A stretch of DNA of 64,000 nt from Thalassobaculaceae bacterium. Its GTDB lineage: Bacteria; Pseudomonadota; Alphaproteobacteria; Thalassobaculales; Thalassobaculaceae. The notes below the pieces were generated by a model. It saw only the letters and a list, made by a program, of their open reading frames with translations. It did not search any database and was not told the DNA's origin. Each line of letters opens with the position of its first letter. Position 1 is the stretch's first letter. Below, piece by piece: positions 1-9,977 of the stretch. The DNA is taken from contig OZ245843.1 in the NCBI GenBank assembly GCA_965228875.1, positions 3,268,616 through 3,332,615 on the forward strand, given 5' to 3'. The position numbers and the translations under genes were made by a program.

Positions 1-93
1 GCTCGCTCTGCTGGCGCCCGCCTGTCACCAGGCGGGCGAAGTCGGGATCGTGCTCGATTGACCTGTTTCGTCGCTAGAAATCCGGGCCACCCC

Positions 94-675
94 TCAGTCG
101 GCGCCGGAAGCCCCCGCCGGATCGACCCAGCCGACGTTGCCGTCGGGCCTCCGGTATATCATGTTCATGCCCCCGTGGCCCCGGTTTCGGAACATCAGGG
201 CCGGCGCCCCGGACAGGTCGAGACGCATGACCGCCTCGCCCACGGTCAGGGTGTCGACCGCCGTCTCCATTTCCGCGACCACGACGGGCGTCCACCCGGT
301 CGGCTCCTCCGCCTCCTCCGCCTCGGGCTCGGCGGCCAGGATATACTGTTGGGCGGCGATCGCATCCGGCGCATGCCCGCGATGATGGTCCCGCAGACGG
401 CGCTTGTAGCGTCGCAGACGCTTGTCCATGCGCTCGGCGGCGGCATCGAACGCCGCGTGGGCGTCGCCGGCCTTGCCTTCGCTCTGCACGGTGATGCCCT
501 TGCCGATATGCACGACGACGTCGGTGGCGAACTGGCCACCGGACTTCGCCATGGTCACGGTCGCCTCGATCGGGTCCGAGAAATACTTGCTGGCGATCGC
601 CTCGATCTCGGTCTCGATCCGCTCGCGCAGCGCATCACCCACGTCGAGCTGCTTGCCCTGGACAGATATCTGCAT
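94..675 (-). CDS. hpf: Ribosome hibernation promoting factor (long HPF / sigma-54 modulation protein)
   Basis: MQISVQGKQLDVGDALR..., AFDAAAERMDKRLRRYKRRL, C-terminal LTVGEAVMRLDL...VGWVDP domain; lies downstream of rpoN. Confidence 0.95.
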   Translation of the reverse strand: MQISVQGKQLDVGDALRERIETEIEAIASKYFSDPIEATVTMAKSGGQFATDVVVHIGKGITVQSEGKAGDAHAAFDAAAERMDKRLRRYKRRLRDHHRGHAPDAIAAQQYILAAEPEAEEAEEPTGWTPVVVAEMETAVDTLTVGEAVMRLDLSGAPALMFRNRGHGGMNMIYRRPDGNVGWVDPAGASGAD

Positions 676-886
676 TGCCTAATCCATTCGTTCGTCCGGC
701 CTTCGCTAAAGGTGGGCCTGGACACCGGGTTTCAAAGAGGCTCCAACGAGCCTGCGGCGCGTTTTCTACGTCGCGCCGGCGCCACCCGATCCGGTCCCGT
801 CTGAGCGAAGCGCCGGAACCTAAGTGTAGCGCGTTTCCAGGTCAACACGCGAGTCGGGAGGGGTGCGGCCGGGCCTTGTCGCGCCC

Positions 887-2497
887 CTATCGGCGGCCCG
901 CCATCGCCGCCCGGTCGGCCTTCTCGCGTCGGCGTTGCACGCTCGAGGGAATCCGCATGGCCTCCCGATACTTGGCCACCGTCCTGCGGGCGATGTCGAC
1001 GCCGTCCGCACGCAGCAGTTCGACGATCCGGTCGTCCGAAAGGATGGCGTTCGCCGCCTCGGCGTCGATCAGTCCCTTGATGCGGTGGCGCACCGCCTCG
1101 GCGGAATGGGCCTCGCCACCGCCGGCCGACGCGATCGCCGAGGTGAAGAAGTACTTCAGCTCGAAGATCCCGCGGGGAGTGGCCGCGAACTTGTTGCTCG
1201 TCACCCGGCTCACGGTGCTCTCGTGCATGCCGATGGCGTCGGCGATGTCGCGCAGCACCAGCGGGCGCAGGTGCTGGATGCCGCGCTCGAAGAACGCGTC
1301 CTGCTGGCGCACGATCTCGCTCGAGACCTTGAGGATCGTCGTCGCCCGCTGATGCAGCGACCGGGTGAGCCAGTTCGCCGACTGCAGGCACTCCGACAGG
1401 TATTCCTTGGCCTTGCGGTCCTTCGCCGCGACCTTCGACACCTCGGTGTAATAGGCGTTGTTGACCAGAACGCGGGGAAGCGTGTCGCTGTTCAGCTCAA
1501 CCAGCCAGTTGCCGTCCGCCCCCTTTCGGATCAGCACGTCTGGCACGACCGGTTGGTCCAGGGGCCGGTCGAAGGCCTCGCCCGGCTTCGGGTTCAGGGC
1601 GCGGATCTCGGCGATCATGTCGACGAGATCCTCGTCGTCGACGCCGCAGGTCTTCTTCAGCGCCGCGACCTCGCGGCGGGCCAGCATGTCGAGATTGTCG
1701 AGCAGCGCCTGCATGTAGGGGTCTAGGCGGTCGCGGTCCGCAAGCTGTAGGGCCAGGCACTCCTTCAGATCCCGGGCCAACACGCCCGGCGGATCCAGCG
1801 CCTGAACCCTGGTCAGCACCCGTTCCACCTCGGCGGTGTCGGTGCCGAGCTGATCGGCCAGCGCCGCCACATCCCCGGAGAGGTAGCCGGCGGCATCGAC
1901 CATGTCGATCAGATGGGCGGCGATCAGCCGGTCGCGCGGATCGTCGAACTCGATCGACATCTGGTCGAGCAGGTGGTCCCGCAGGGTCTTGCTGTCGGCG
2001 ACCGTCTGCTCCAGCCCGAACTCGTCATCGCCGGGAACGCTCCCGCCGCCGCCGCCGCCGGCGCTGCTCCAGCTCGACAGGTCGCCGGCACCGATCGCCG
2101 CGACGCCCTCGGTCTCCTCGATGCCGGCACTGCCCCAGTTGTTGTCGTAGTCGACATCGTTGGGGTCGTCGCCCGTCGCCGGAATGGTCTCGGTCGTGGT
2201 CCGGTCGACGGTGTCCCGCCCACCGTCGTCCGCCGCCTCGGAGAACCCGTCGCCTTCCGGCAGCGCGGCGGGCGCCTCGCCGTCGTGGCGCAGGAGATTG
2301 TCGGCCGCCACCGCCTCCAGGGAGGCCGGCCCCTCGCCGTCGTCGCGGTCGAGAAGGGGGTTCTGCGCCAGCTCGCCCTCGACATACTCGGCGAGTTCCA
2401 TGTTGTTCAGCTGCAGCAGCTTGATCGCCTGCTGCAGCTGCGGCGTCAGGACAAGCGACTGTCCCTGGCGTAGATCGAGGCGTTGCGACAGGGCCAT
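887..2497 (-). CDS. rpoN: RNA polymerase sigma-54 factor
   Basis: N-terminal QSLVLTPQLQQAIKLLQL, HTH HESTVSRVT, RpoN box ARRTVAKYRE. Confidence 0.99.
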   Translation of the reverse strand: MALSQRLDLRQGQSLVLTPQLQQAIKLLQLNNMELAEYVEGELAQNPLLDRDDGEGPASLEAVAADNLLRHDGEAPAALPEGDGFSEAADDGGRDTVDRTTTETIPATGDDPNDVDYDNNWGSAGIEETEGVAAIGAGDLSSWSSAGGGGGGSVPGDDEFGLEQTVADSKTLRDHLLDQMSIEFDDPRDRLIAAHLIDMVDAAGYLSGDVAALADQLGTDTAEVERVLTRVQALDPPGVLARDLKECLALQLADRDRLDPYMQALLDNLDMLARREVAALKKTCGVDDEDLVDMIAEIRALNPKPGEAFDRPLDQPVVPDVLIRKGADGNWLVELNSDTLPRVLVNNAYYTEVSKVAAKDRKAKEYLSECLQSANWLTRSLHQRATTILKVSSEIVRQQDAFFERGIQHLRPLVLRDIADAIGMHESTVSRVTSNKFAATPRGIFELKYFFTSAIASAGGGEAHSAEAVRHRIKGLIDAEAANAILSDDRIVELLRADGVDIARRTVAKYREAMRIPSSVQRRREKADRAAMAGRR

Positions 2498-2509
2498 GGG
2501 CGGACAGCG

Positions 2510-3307
2510 TCAGAGACTGAAACGTTCCCCGAGGTAGAACCGCCGGACATCGCGATTGCCGACGATGTCGTCCGGCGATCCTTCCATCAGGACCATGCCA
2601 TCATGGAGGATGTAGGCGCGATCGACGATCTCCAGCGTCTCACGAACGTTGTGATCGGTGATCAGCACGCCCAATCCGCGGTCGGTCAGGTGCGAGATCA
2701 GGTCGCGGATCTCGCCGACGGCGATCGGATCGATGCCCGCGAGCGGCTCGTCCAGCAGGATGAACTGCGGGCCGGAAGCCAGGGCGCGGGCGATCTCGAC
2801 GCGCCGACGCTCGCCACCGGACAGCGCCAGCGCCGGCGTCCGGCGCAGATGGCTGATCGAGAACTCCGCCAACAGGTCCTCGAGCATCGCGTCGCGCTGG
2901 CTCGGACTGGACTCCACCACCTCGAGCACGGCGGAGATGTTCTGCTCCACCGTCAGGCCGCGGAAGATCGACGCCTCCTGCGGCAGGTATCCGATGCCGA
3001 GGCGCGCCCGGCGATACATCGGCAGGTCGGTGATGTCCTGACCGTCGAGGCTGACCGAACCGGCGTCCGTCGCGATCAGCCCGGTGATGATGTAGAAGCA
3101 GGTGGTCTTCCCGGCGCCGTTCGGCCCGAGCAGTCCGACCGCCTCTCCCGGACGCACGTTGACCGAAACGTCGCGCAGGACCGGGCGCTTCTTGAAGCGC
3201 TTGCCGACATTGTGTGCCGCCAGGCCGCGACGCACGGTGCTCTGATGGACGAGACGCGGTGCGCCATCCTCGTGCCGTGTCGCTCGGAGCCCGTCGTTCG
3301 GTGCCAT
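2510..3307 (-). CDS. lptB: LPS export ABC transporter ATP-binding protein (start approximate)
   Basis: GPNGAGKTT, LPMYRRARLGIGYLPQEASIFR, LSGGERRRVEIARALA, GVLITDHNVRETL; lptCAB-rpoN synteny. Confidence 0.97.
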   Translation of the reverse strand: MAPNDGLRATRHEDGAPRLVHQSTVRRGLAAHNVGKRFKKRPVLRDVSVNVRPGEAVGLLGPNGAGKTTCFYIITGLIATDAGSVSLDGQDITDLPMYRRARLGIGYLPQEASIFRGLTVEQNISAVLEVVESSPSQRDAMLEDLLAEFSISHLRRTPALALSGGERRRVEIARALASGPQFILLDEPLAGIDPIAVGEIRDLISHLTDRGLGVLITDHNVRETLEIVDRAYILHDGMVLMEGSPDDIVGNRDVRRFYLGERFSL

Positions 3308-3410
3308 CCGTTCTCTCGTCCCCTGCTGCGCGGCGGTCCGCGCCCTGTTCACGCCCCCACGCGCCAAGTCTAGCACGCCGAGTCGAGAAGCGGCGGAAAT
3401 CCGCATCGCG

Positions 3411-4220
3411 TCAGTTGTCGTTCTTCTCCGGGGTGAACAGGCCCTTGACCCTGCCGCCGGACTTGCCGCCGGGCAGCATGCGGCTGACCCCGGTCTTCAG
3501 GTTGACCTCGGCGCGATTGCCGTTGAGCTGATTCTCGCCGCGCGTCACCCGCACGTCGCCGATCAGCGTGGCGACCTCGCGCAGGACATCGTAGACCCCT
3601 TCGTCGCCGTGCACGACCTCTTCCGGCGTGGTGATGACCACATTGCCGATGGCATCGACCCTTTCGATCCGGTTCTCGCCGTCCGGCCCGTCGCCGAAAT
3701 ACGCCGTCAGGACATCGGCGTCGATCCGCTGGTTCTCGCGCAGGGCCACGGCATCGCCCCGGGCGACGGCGAGCCGCCGGACCTCCCAGTACTCCAGGCT
3801 GTCGCGCGCGGTGATCGTGTCGACGCCGTTGCGGAAGCTCAGATTGTCGCCGAGCAGCACGATCACTTCCTGGTCGATGTCGTAGATCGCCCGGTCGCCC
3901 ACCGCACGGTCGTTGACCGAGAGGATCTCGACATTGCCCGTCGCCTCGAGCCGATAGACCTCGCTGCCGCCGGCGTCCTTGGGCCGGTAGGCGGCGCTCA
4001 GCGTGTCCGCCGACACCGTGAGCGTGCCGCGCACCGCCTTGGCGTTGCCGCGCGCGACATAGAGCTTGTCGTCGCGGACCCACTCGATGCCGTCGTCGGC
4101 TTCGATGGTGACCGGCTCGTCACCTTCGCTCTGCAGCAGCTGCGCCCGTGCGGGGACGACGGTCAGGGCGAGCGCGGCGAACAGGAAAGCGGCGAAAACG
4201 GCGCCGGCGCGTGTCGTCAT
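3411..4220 (-). CDS. lptA: LptA/OstA-family periplasmic LPS transport protein (two OstA-like repeats)
   Basis: Signal peptide, PVTIEADDG, repeated A.GNV.I beta-jellyroll motifs, C-terminal GRVKGLFTP; synteny. Confidence 0.9.
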   Translation of the reverse strand: MTTRAGAVFAAFLFAALALTVVPARAQLLQSEGDEPVTIEADDGIEWVRDDKLYVARGNAKAVRGTLTVSADTLSAAYRPKDAGGSEVYRLEATGNVEILSVNDRAVGDRAIYDIDQEVIVLLGDNLSFRNGVDTITARDSLEYWEVRRLAVARGDAVALRENQRIDADVLTAYFGDGPDGENRIERVDAIGNVVITTPEEVVHGDEGVYDVLREVATLIGDVRVTRGENQLNGNRAEVNLKTGVSRMLPGGKSGGRVKGLFTPEKNDN

Positions 4221-4244
4221 TGAACTGCCATCGTTGGTGAACCG

Positions 4245-4898
4245 TCACTCACCGGAACTGACGCTGTAGAGCACGGCCCGGGAACGCCCGGTGAAGATGA
4301 TCCGCGCCCCGCGTTCCATGCTCCGCATGCCCTCACCCTCAATCGTGCCACCCGGACTCTGGCCGAAGGTCGGCAGATCGCTGAACACGTTGCCCGGTCC
4401 CATGTCGATCATCGCCGCGTCGGTGTTCAGCTGGTGGCCGGCATCGTGGAACAGCGCGACACCGCCGGTGAGGTTCACCACCGACGCGTCCTTGTACCAG
4501 ATGCCGTCGTCGGCGTTCAGCGAGACCCAGCTGCCGTCCTCGTTGATCATGTCCGCCTGGGGCTGGTCGAGTTCGACGGCCTGGCCGTTCTCGCCGAGCT
4601 GGGTCGCCGATCGGGCGACGATCTCGAACGGCTGATCGTTCTCGTCGAGACCGACGAAGCGCGGGTTGGACATCCGCAGGGTGTCCACGTCCTCGAGGGT
4701 GACCGGCGCCTGGTCCATGGGGATGTCGGCGGCGTTGCGGCCGATCTGCGGCCAGATCAGCACCAGCGCAACCAGGGTGATCGCCAGCGCCGGCAACAGC
4801 ATCTTCATCGCCGCGACCGTCCGGCTGGCCCGCGCGATCGGTCGGATCCGCGCGATGCCGACCGGCGTTTCCTGGCTGGGATGTTGCGCGACTGCCAC
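4245..4898 (-). CDS. lptC: LPS export periplasmic protein LptC
   Basis: Single N-terminal TM helix (MKMLLPALAITLVALVLIWP), MSNPRFVG, C-terminal IIFTGRSR; synteny. Confidence 0.88.
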   Translation of the reverse strand: MAVAQHPSQETPVGIARIRPIARASRTVAAMKMLLPALAITLVALVLIWPQIGRNAADIPMDQAPVTLEDVDTLRMSNPRFVGLDENDQPFEIVARSATQLGENGQAVELDQPQADMINEDGSWVSLNADDGIWYKDASVVNLTGGVALFHDAGHQLNTDAAMIDMGPGNVFSDLPTFGQSPGGTIEGEGMRSMERGARIIFTGRSRAVLYSVSSGE

Positions 4899-5054
4899 GT
4901 CTGGTCCTGTTCCGGTGATCCTTATCCGACGGATTTATACCGTGCCGACGGGACGAGGCATAGGCGCCGGGCGGCAGAAATTCCGTGACGGACCTTCCCG
5001 CGTTGCCTGACCCATTGTGGCGCACCGGCGCCGCCGGGCACCGCGACGAACGCT

Positions 5055-5666
5055 TCAGTGGGCGAAGATGTCGTCTTCGCCGTAGCCGATCAGGTCGAGA
5101 TGGGCGCGGGTCGACAGGAAGTCGAAGCAGGCCTGGGCCATGGCGGTGCGCCCCTCGCGCTCCAGCATCATGTCCAGGCGCTCCTTGAGCGCGTGCAGGT
5201 GCAGCACGTCGGAGGCGGCATAGGCCACCTGCTCCGGCGTAAGTTCCGCCGCGCCCCAGTCGGAGGACTGCTGCTGCTTCGATACCTCGACGCCGATCAG
5301 TTCGCGGCACAGGTCCTTGAGACCGTGACGATCCGTGTAGGTGCGAACGAGCTTGGACGCGATCTTGGTGCAGTAGACCGGGGTGGTGACGACGCCGAGA
5401 TAGGCCTGCATCACGGCGACGTCGAACCGCGCGTAGTGGAACAGCTTCGTCACCGTCGGGTCGGTCAGCAGCCGGCACAGGTTCGGCGCGCGATAGACAC
5501 CTTTGGCGAACTGCACCAGATGGGCATCGCCGTCGCCCGAGGACAGCTGCACGACGCAGAGCCGGTCGCGCTCGGGGCGCAGACCCATGGTCTCGCTGTC
5601 GATGGCGACGATGGGGCCGAGATCCAGTCCGTCGGGAAGGTCGCCCTGGTGCACGGTCGCGGTCAT
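5055..5666 (-). CDS. rnd: Ribonuclease D-like 3'-5' exonuclease
   Basis: AIDSETMGL, RDRLCVVQLS, KLFHYARFD, SKQQQSSDWG, YAASDV. Confidence 0.93.
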   Translation of the reverse strand: MTATVHQGDLPDGLDLGPIVAIDSETMGLRPERDRLCVVQLSSGDGDAHLVQFAKGVYRAPNLCRLLTDPTVTKLFHYARFDVAVMQAYLGVVTTPVYCTKIASKLVRTYTDRHGLKDLCRELIGVEVSKQQQSSDWGAAELTPEQVAYAASDVLHLHALKERLDMMLEREGRTAMAQACFDFLSTRAHLDLIGYGEDDIFAH

Positions 5667-5704
5667 GGGTGCTGTCCCGGATCGGCGGTTCGGACGAGAG
5701 AGGA

Positions 5705-5791
5705 TGGTGCCCAGGAGAAGACTCGAACTTCCACGACCATACGGTCACTAGCACCTGAAGCTAGCGCGTCTACCAATTCCGCCACCTGGGC
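5705..5791 (-). tRNA. tRNA-Leu(CAG)
   Basis: Reverse complement GCCCAGGTGGCGGAATTGGTAGACGCGCTAGCTTCAGGTGCTAG...GTTCGAGTC...CCTGGGCACCA; anticodon CAG, long variable arm, encoded CCA. Confidence 0.98.
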
Positions 5792-5979
5792 AGGTGCGGA
5801 CGGTCCCGTGCGGAACCGTTCGGAGGGCCGTGTTATAAGCGCCGCGCCGGCAATGTCAAACGGGTTTTGTCGGAAAATCGATCGGCCGATCGCACTCCCA
5901 ACCCGGCCCCGCCTGTACTATATTCGCGGTACCGCATTTCCTCGGGGCGGAATTGGTGAGCGCAGGAGAGCAACAGGCC

Positions 5980-6933
5980 ATGCAAGGCAAGCTCGTTACC
6001 GTTTTCGGCGCATCCGGCTTCATCGGCCGCAACATCGTGCGCGAACTGGCCAAGCGCGGCGCGCGGGTCAATGCGGTCTGCCGCGACGTCGAGAAGGCCA
6101 AGTTCCTGAAGCCCATGGGCGTGGTCGGTCAGGTCACGCCGATGCGGGCCGACGTCACCGATCCCGCGGCCATCGCCCGCGCGGTCAAGGGTGCCTCGAT
6201 CGTGGTCAACCTGGTCGGCATCCTCCACCAGTCGGGCCGCAACACCTTCGACGCGGTGCAGGCCAGTGCCCCGGGCACCATCGCACAGGCGGCGAAGGAG
6301 GCCGGTGCCGAGGCCATGGTGCACATCTCAGCGATCGGTGCGGATAGCGGATCCGCCTCGGCCTATGCCCGCTCCAAGGCGGCCGGCGAAGACGCGGTGC
6401 GCGCCGTCTTCCCCGAGGCGGTGATCCTGCGTCCCTCCATTGTGTTCGGACCGAATGACAGCTTCTTCAACCAGTTCGCCGGCTACGCGCTGTTCGCGCC
6501 GGCGCTGCCGCTGATCGGCGGTGGCCATACCAGGTTCCAGCCGGTCTATGTCGACGACGTGGCCGACGCGGTGATCGCGGCGGTCGAGAGCCCGGCCGCC
6601 AAGGGCCAGACCTTTGAGCTCGGCGGGCCATCGGTCTACACCTTCCGCGAGCTGATGCGGATGATCCTGGACGAGACCAAGCGCCGCGCCCTGCTGGTCG
6701 AGGTGCCGTTCTGGGCGGCGTCGCTTAAGGCGACGTTCCTGGAGCTGCTGCCGAAGCCGCCGCTCACCCGCGACCAGGTCGAATTGCTGAAGACCGACAA
6801 CGTGGTGTCCGATGGGGCGAAGACCCTGGCCGATCTCGGCATCGAGGCGACCCCGGTCGAGGTGATCGTGCCGACCTACCTCGACAAGTTCCGCCCCGGC
6901 GGCCGCTACAGCACGGGCCGCCAGCCGGTCTGA
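5980..6933 (+). CDS. NDUFA9-like NAD-dependent epimerase/dehydratase (atypical SDR)
   Basis: VTVFGASGFIG Rossmann motif, HISAIGA, YARSK, RFQPVYVDDVA. Confidence 0.92.
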   Translation: MQGKLVTVFGASGFIGRNIVRELAKRGARVNAVCRDVEKAKFLKPMGVVGQVTPMRADVTDPAAIARAVKGASIVVNLVGILHQSGRNTFDAVQASAPGTIAQAAKEAGAEAMVHISAIGADSGSASAYARSKAAGEDAVRAVFPEAVILRPSIVFGPNDSFFNQFAGYALFAPALPLIGGGHTRFQPVYVDDVADAVIAAVESPAAKGQTFELGGPSVYTFRELMRMILDETKRRALLVEVPFWAASLKATFLELLPKPPLTRDQVELLKTDNVVSDGAKTLADLGIEATPVEVIVPTYLDKFRPGGRYSTGRQPV

Positions 6934-6952
6934 GACTTGGCGGTCGACATGC

Positions 6953-7645
6953 TCAGGCGACGGCCAGTTCCTTCCAGTCCTCCGCCAGGATAAGCGGCGG
7001 CTCGGTCATCTCCTGAAGCCGCTCCAGGGTCAGGCCCTGCACCATCTCGCGGACCACGAGACCGCTCGGCGTCACGTCGATCACCGCCAGGTCGGTGAAG
7101 ATCCGTTTGACCACCCCCCGGGCGGTGAGCGGCAGCGTGCAGGCGTTGACGATCTTCGGCTCGCCCTTCTTGGTGACGTGGTCGGTGAGCACCCAGATGC
7201 CCTTGGCCCCGGCCGCGAGGTCCATGGCCCCGCCGACGCCCGGCGGGAAACGGCGGTCGCCGGTGGTCCAGTTGGCGAGATCGCCGTTGCCGGCGACCTG
7301 GAAGGCGCCGAGCAGGGCGAGGTCCAGGTGGCCGCCGCGGATCATGGCGAAGGCGTCGCTGTGCACGAAGAACGACCCGCCGGGCAGCAGGGTCACGTAC
7401 TCCTTCGACGCGTTGATCAGGTCGCGGTCCCGGTCCGCCTCGGCCGGCGCCGGACCGACGCCGAGGATGCCGTTCTCGCTGTGCAGAACGATCTCCTTGC
7501 CTTCCGGCATGACGTTGGCGGCCAGCGTCGGGATGCCGATCCCGAGATTCACGAAGCTGCCGTCGGGGATCATCTCCGCGGCGCGGCGAGCGATCTGCAG
7601 GCGCGAGAGCCGGGCGAGGCCGGCGTCCTGAACGGCGGTGCTCAT
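6953..7645 (-). CDS. pcaJ: 3-oxoacid (3-oxoadipate-type) CoA-transferase subunit B
   Basis: VNLGIGIPT, catalytic SENG, GGAMDLA; overlaps subunit A stop (ATGA). Confidence 0.85.
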   Translation of the reverse strand: MSTAVQDAGLARLSRLQIARRAAEMIPDGSFVNLGIGIPTLAANVMPEGKEIVLHSENGILGVGPAPAEADRDRDLINASKEYVTLLPGGSFFVHSDAFAMIRGGHLDLALLGAFQVAGNGDLANWTTGDRRFPPGVGGAMDLAAGAKGIWVLTDHVTKKGEPKIVNACTLPLTARGVVKRIFTDLAVIDVTPSGLVVREMVQGLTLERLQEMTEPPLILAEDWKELAVA

Positions 7646-8328
7646 ATGTCCCACTCCCGATCGTTGTCGATATGGACCACCCGGTCGACGAAGATGCTCG
7701 GGGTGACGATGGCTTCGGGGTCCATCTCGCCGAGCGGCACGATCTCGCGGGCCTGGACGACGGTGACGTCTGCGGCCATGGCCATGACGGGGCCGAAGTT
7801 CCGCGCCGCCTTGCGGTAGGTCAGGTTGCCCCAGCGGTCGGCCCGCCAAGCCTGAACCAGCGCGAGATCCGCCCGCAGCGGCAGTTCCAGCACGTAGTCG
7901 CGGCCGTCGAAGGTCCGAACCTCCTTGCCCTCGGCCAGTTCGGTGCCGACACCGGTCGGGGTATAGAACCCGGCCACGCCCGCACCGGCGGCCCGCATCC
8001 GCTCCGACATCGTGCCCTGCGGCACCAGTTCGAGCTCGATCTCGCCGGCGGCGTAGCGCGCGTCGAACAGGTCGGAGCCCTTGGAGCGCGGGTAGCTGCA
8101 GATGATCCGCCGCACCCGTCCGCTGCCGATCAGCGCGGCGAGCCCCTCGGTGCCGGTGCCGGCGTTGTTGGAGATGACCGTCAGATCCTTGGCGCCGCTG
8201 TCCAGCACGCCGTGGATCAGGTCGTTCGGCACGCCGGCGAAGCCGAAGCCAGAGATCATGATGGTGTCGCCGTCCTTCACGCCGGCGACGGCCGCGGCGA
8301 CGTCGGGGACGATCTTGTCGATGGGCAT
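7642..8328 (-). CDS. pcaI: 3-oxoacid CoA-transferase subunit A
   Basis: DGDTIMISGFG, SNNAG, PQGTMSERMRAAGAG, GNLTYRKAARNFGP. Confidence 0.85.
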   Translation of the reverse strand: MPIDKIVPDVAAAVAGVKDGDTIMISGFGFAGVPNDLIHGVLDSGAKDLTVISNNAGTGTEGLAALIGSGRVRRIICSYPRSKGSDLFDARYAAGEIELELVPQGTMSERMRAAGAGVAGFYTPTGVGTELAEGKEVRTFDGRDYVLELPLRADLALVQAWRADRWGNLTYRKAARNFGPVMAMAADVTVVQAREIVPLGEMDPEAIVTPSIFVDRVVHIDNDREWDI

Positions 8329-8454
8329 GGGTCTGGGCGCTCCCCCGGATGGGCAGGTTCTTGTCGACCCATACGTAAGCCGATGCGGGGGACCGGTCCA
8401 GCCTCTACCGGCGGCTACGGTGGCGGCGCGGGCGACGGTGGCGGCGAGGGGCGG

Positions 8455-9930
8455 TCAGCCGCGGTCGATCACCGGGATCGCCGGCGCCGCCTCGCCCTCC
8501 TCCCCGTCGAACAGGAATTCCGGGAGCTGGAAGCCGACCAGGTTGTCCCAGTGGTCCTGCACATCCTCCTGGAACAGGTCGCGCACGATGCCGGAGGCCA
8601 GGTGCGGCACGGCGAACTTCATGGCGTTGATCGACGCGCCCGACGGCCCGAAGCTCATGGTCGACCCGAAGGTGAACAACCGGATGTGCCGGATCCACGG
8701 CGCCGAACCGGCCTCGCGCTCGAGCAGTTCGTAATGCGGGCCGAGATAGGGATAGCGGCCGAGGCGCGGGTTCGCCTCCTCCGCCGGCGGCGCGTAGCGG
8801 TCCGCCCACAGCGCCACGTGACCGGACACGCCGTCCAGTTCCGGGCGCAGGGTCAGATCCATGTCGAAACCGGTACCGACCAGAAGATAATCGGCCTCGA
8901 TCCGGCCGCCGGGCGTGTCGATCCGCACGGCGTCGCCGACGGGGGTGCAGCGCTCCCATCCGGCGTTCGTGCGCAACTCGAAGGTGTCGTGGCGCGCCAC
9001 CCGCTCCCAGGTCTCGCGCGGAAACGCTTCGCGCAGGGTCAGCAGGTAGTTCATGAAGCGCCAGCGCCAGACGTCGTCCAGCGTGTGGAAATGACCGAGG
9101 AACCCGGGGAAGCTCAACCAGCGGAAGGGCTGGATCCGCTGCAGGTCGTCGCGCCGGGAGCAGACGGTCACGCGCCCGGCCCCCGCCTCCAGCGCCGTGC
9201 CCGCGTTGTCGAACGCCGAGGCGCCGGCGCCCAGGACCGCGACACGCTTGCCGGCCAGGGCGGCGAAGTCGATGTCCTCGCAGGTGTGGGCCCAGAAGCG
9301 CTTGTCCAGCGCCTCGACCACCGGCGGCGTCCACCAGCGCCCGGAGGACTCGATGCCGGTGGCCAGCACCAGCTTGCGGGTGACGATCTCCTCCACGGTG
9401 TCGCTGGCAAGATCGCGCACCGTCGCCACGAGGTACGGGTCGGCCGGCCGGATCCGCTCCAGGCGCTTGCCGTTCTCCACCGTCAGGCCGAGGACCCGGC
9501 GCAGCCAGAGCAGGTAGGCGGCCCAGTCGCCCTTGTCGATCTTGTTCAGGCTCTGCCACGCGGCGGCATCGTGCTGCGCCTCGAACCAGGCCTGGAATGT
9601 CAGGGACGGGATGTCGAGATCGGGCCCGGTCACCGCCTTCGGCGAGCGCAGGGTCGCCATGCGGGCATAGGTGTTCCACGGGCCTTCGCGGCCCGGCTCG
9701 GACTGGTCGACGACGCGGATGTTCACCACCCGCTGGCGGGTCAGCGCGTGGGCGATGGCGGTGCCGCCCTGGCCGCCGCCGACGATCAGCACGTCCAGGA
9801 CCCGGTCTCCATCGGCGGTGTGATGCGGCGTCACCCAGCGACCGGACGGATAGGAGACCTTGGCCAGATCCTCGCCGATCCGCTGTTCCAGGACCGCCAA
9901 TCCGAGCCCCGCCGTATCCGTCACCGTCAT
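8455..9930 (-). CDS. FAD/NAD(P)-dependent flavin monooxygenase (HpyO urate-hydroxylase-like)
   Basis: C-terminal part of the 981-aa ORF: VLIVGGGQGG, EGPWNTYARMATLRSPK, VLGAGASAFDNA, GTGF. Confidence 0.8.
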   Translation of the reverse strand: MTVTDTAGLGLAVLEQRIGEDLAKVSYPSGRWVTPHHTADGDRVLDVLIVGGGQGGTAIAHALTRQRVVNIRVVDQSEPGREGPWNTYARMATLRSPKAVTGPDLDIPSLTFQAWFEAQHDAAAWQSLNKIDKGDWAAYLLWLRRVLGLTVENGKRLERIRPADPYLVATVRDLASDTVEEIVTRKLVLATGIESSGRWWTPPVVEALDKRFWAHTCEDIDFAALAGKRVAVLGAGASAFDNAGTALEAGAGRVTVCSRRDDLQRIQPFRWLSFPGFLGHFHTLDDVWRWRFMNYLLTLREAFPRETWERVARHDTFELRTNAGWERCTPVGDAVRIDTPGGRIEADYLLVGTGFDMDLTLRPELDGVSGHVALWADRYAPPAEEANPRLGRYPYLGPHYELLEREAGSAPWIRHIRLFTFGSTMSFGPSGASINAMKFAVPHLASGIVRDLFQEDVQDHWDNLVGFQLPEFLFDGEEGEAAPAIPVIDRG

Positions 9931-9977
9931 CGTCCCGCCTTCCCCCGTCGCCGCCTTGTCCCATTCCCGCGGGACCA

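Noticed and set aside
5946..5957. 12-bp match (GGCGGAATTGGT) to the tRNA-Leu D-arm, in inverted orientation
   Set aside because: Short, not the tRNA 3' end, and there is no integrase; probably chance rather than an att site.
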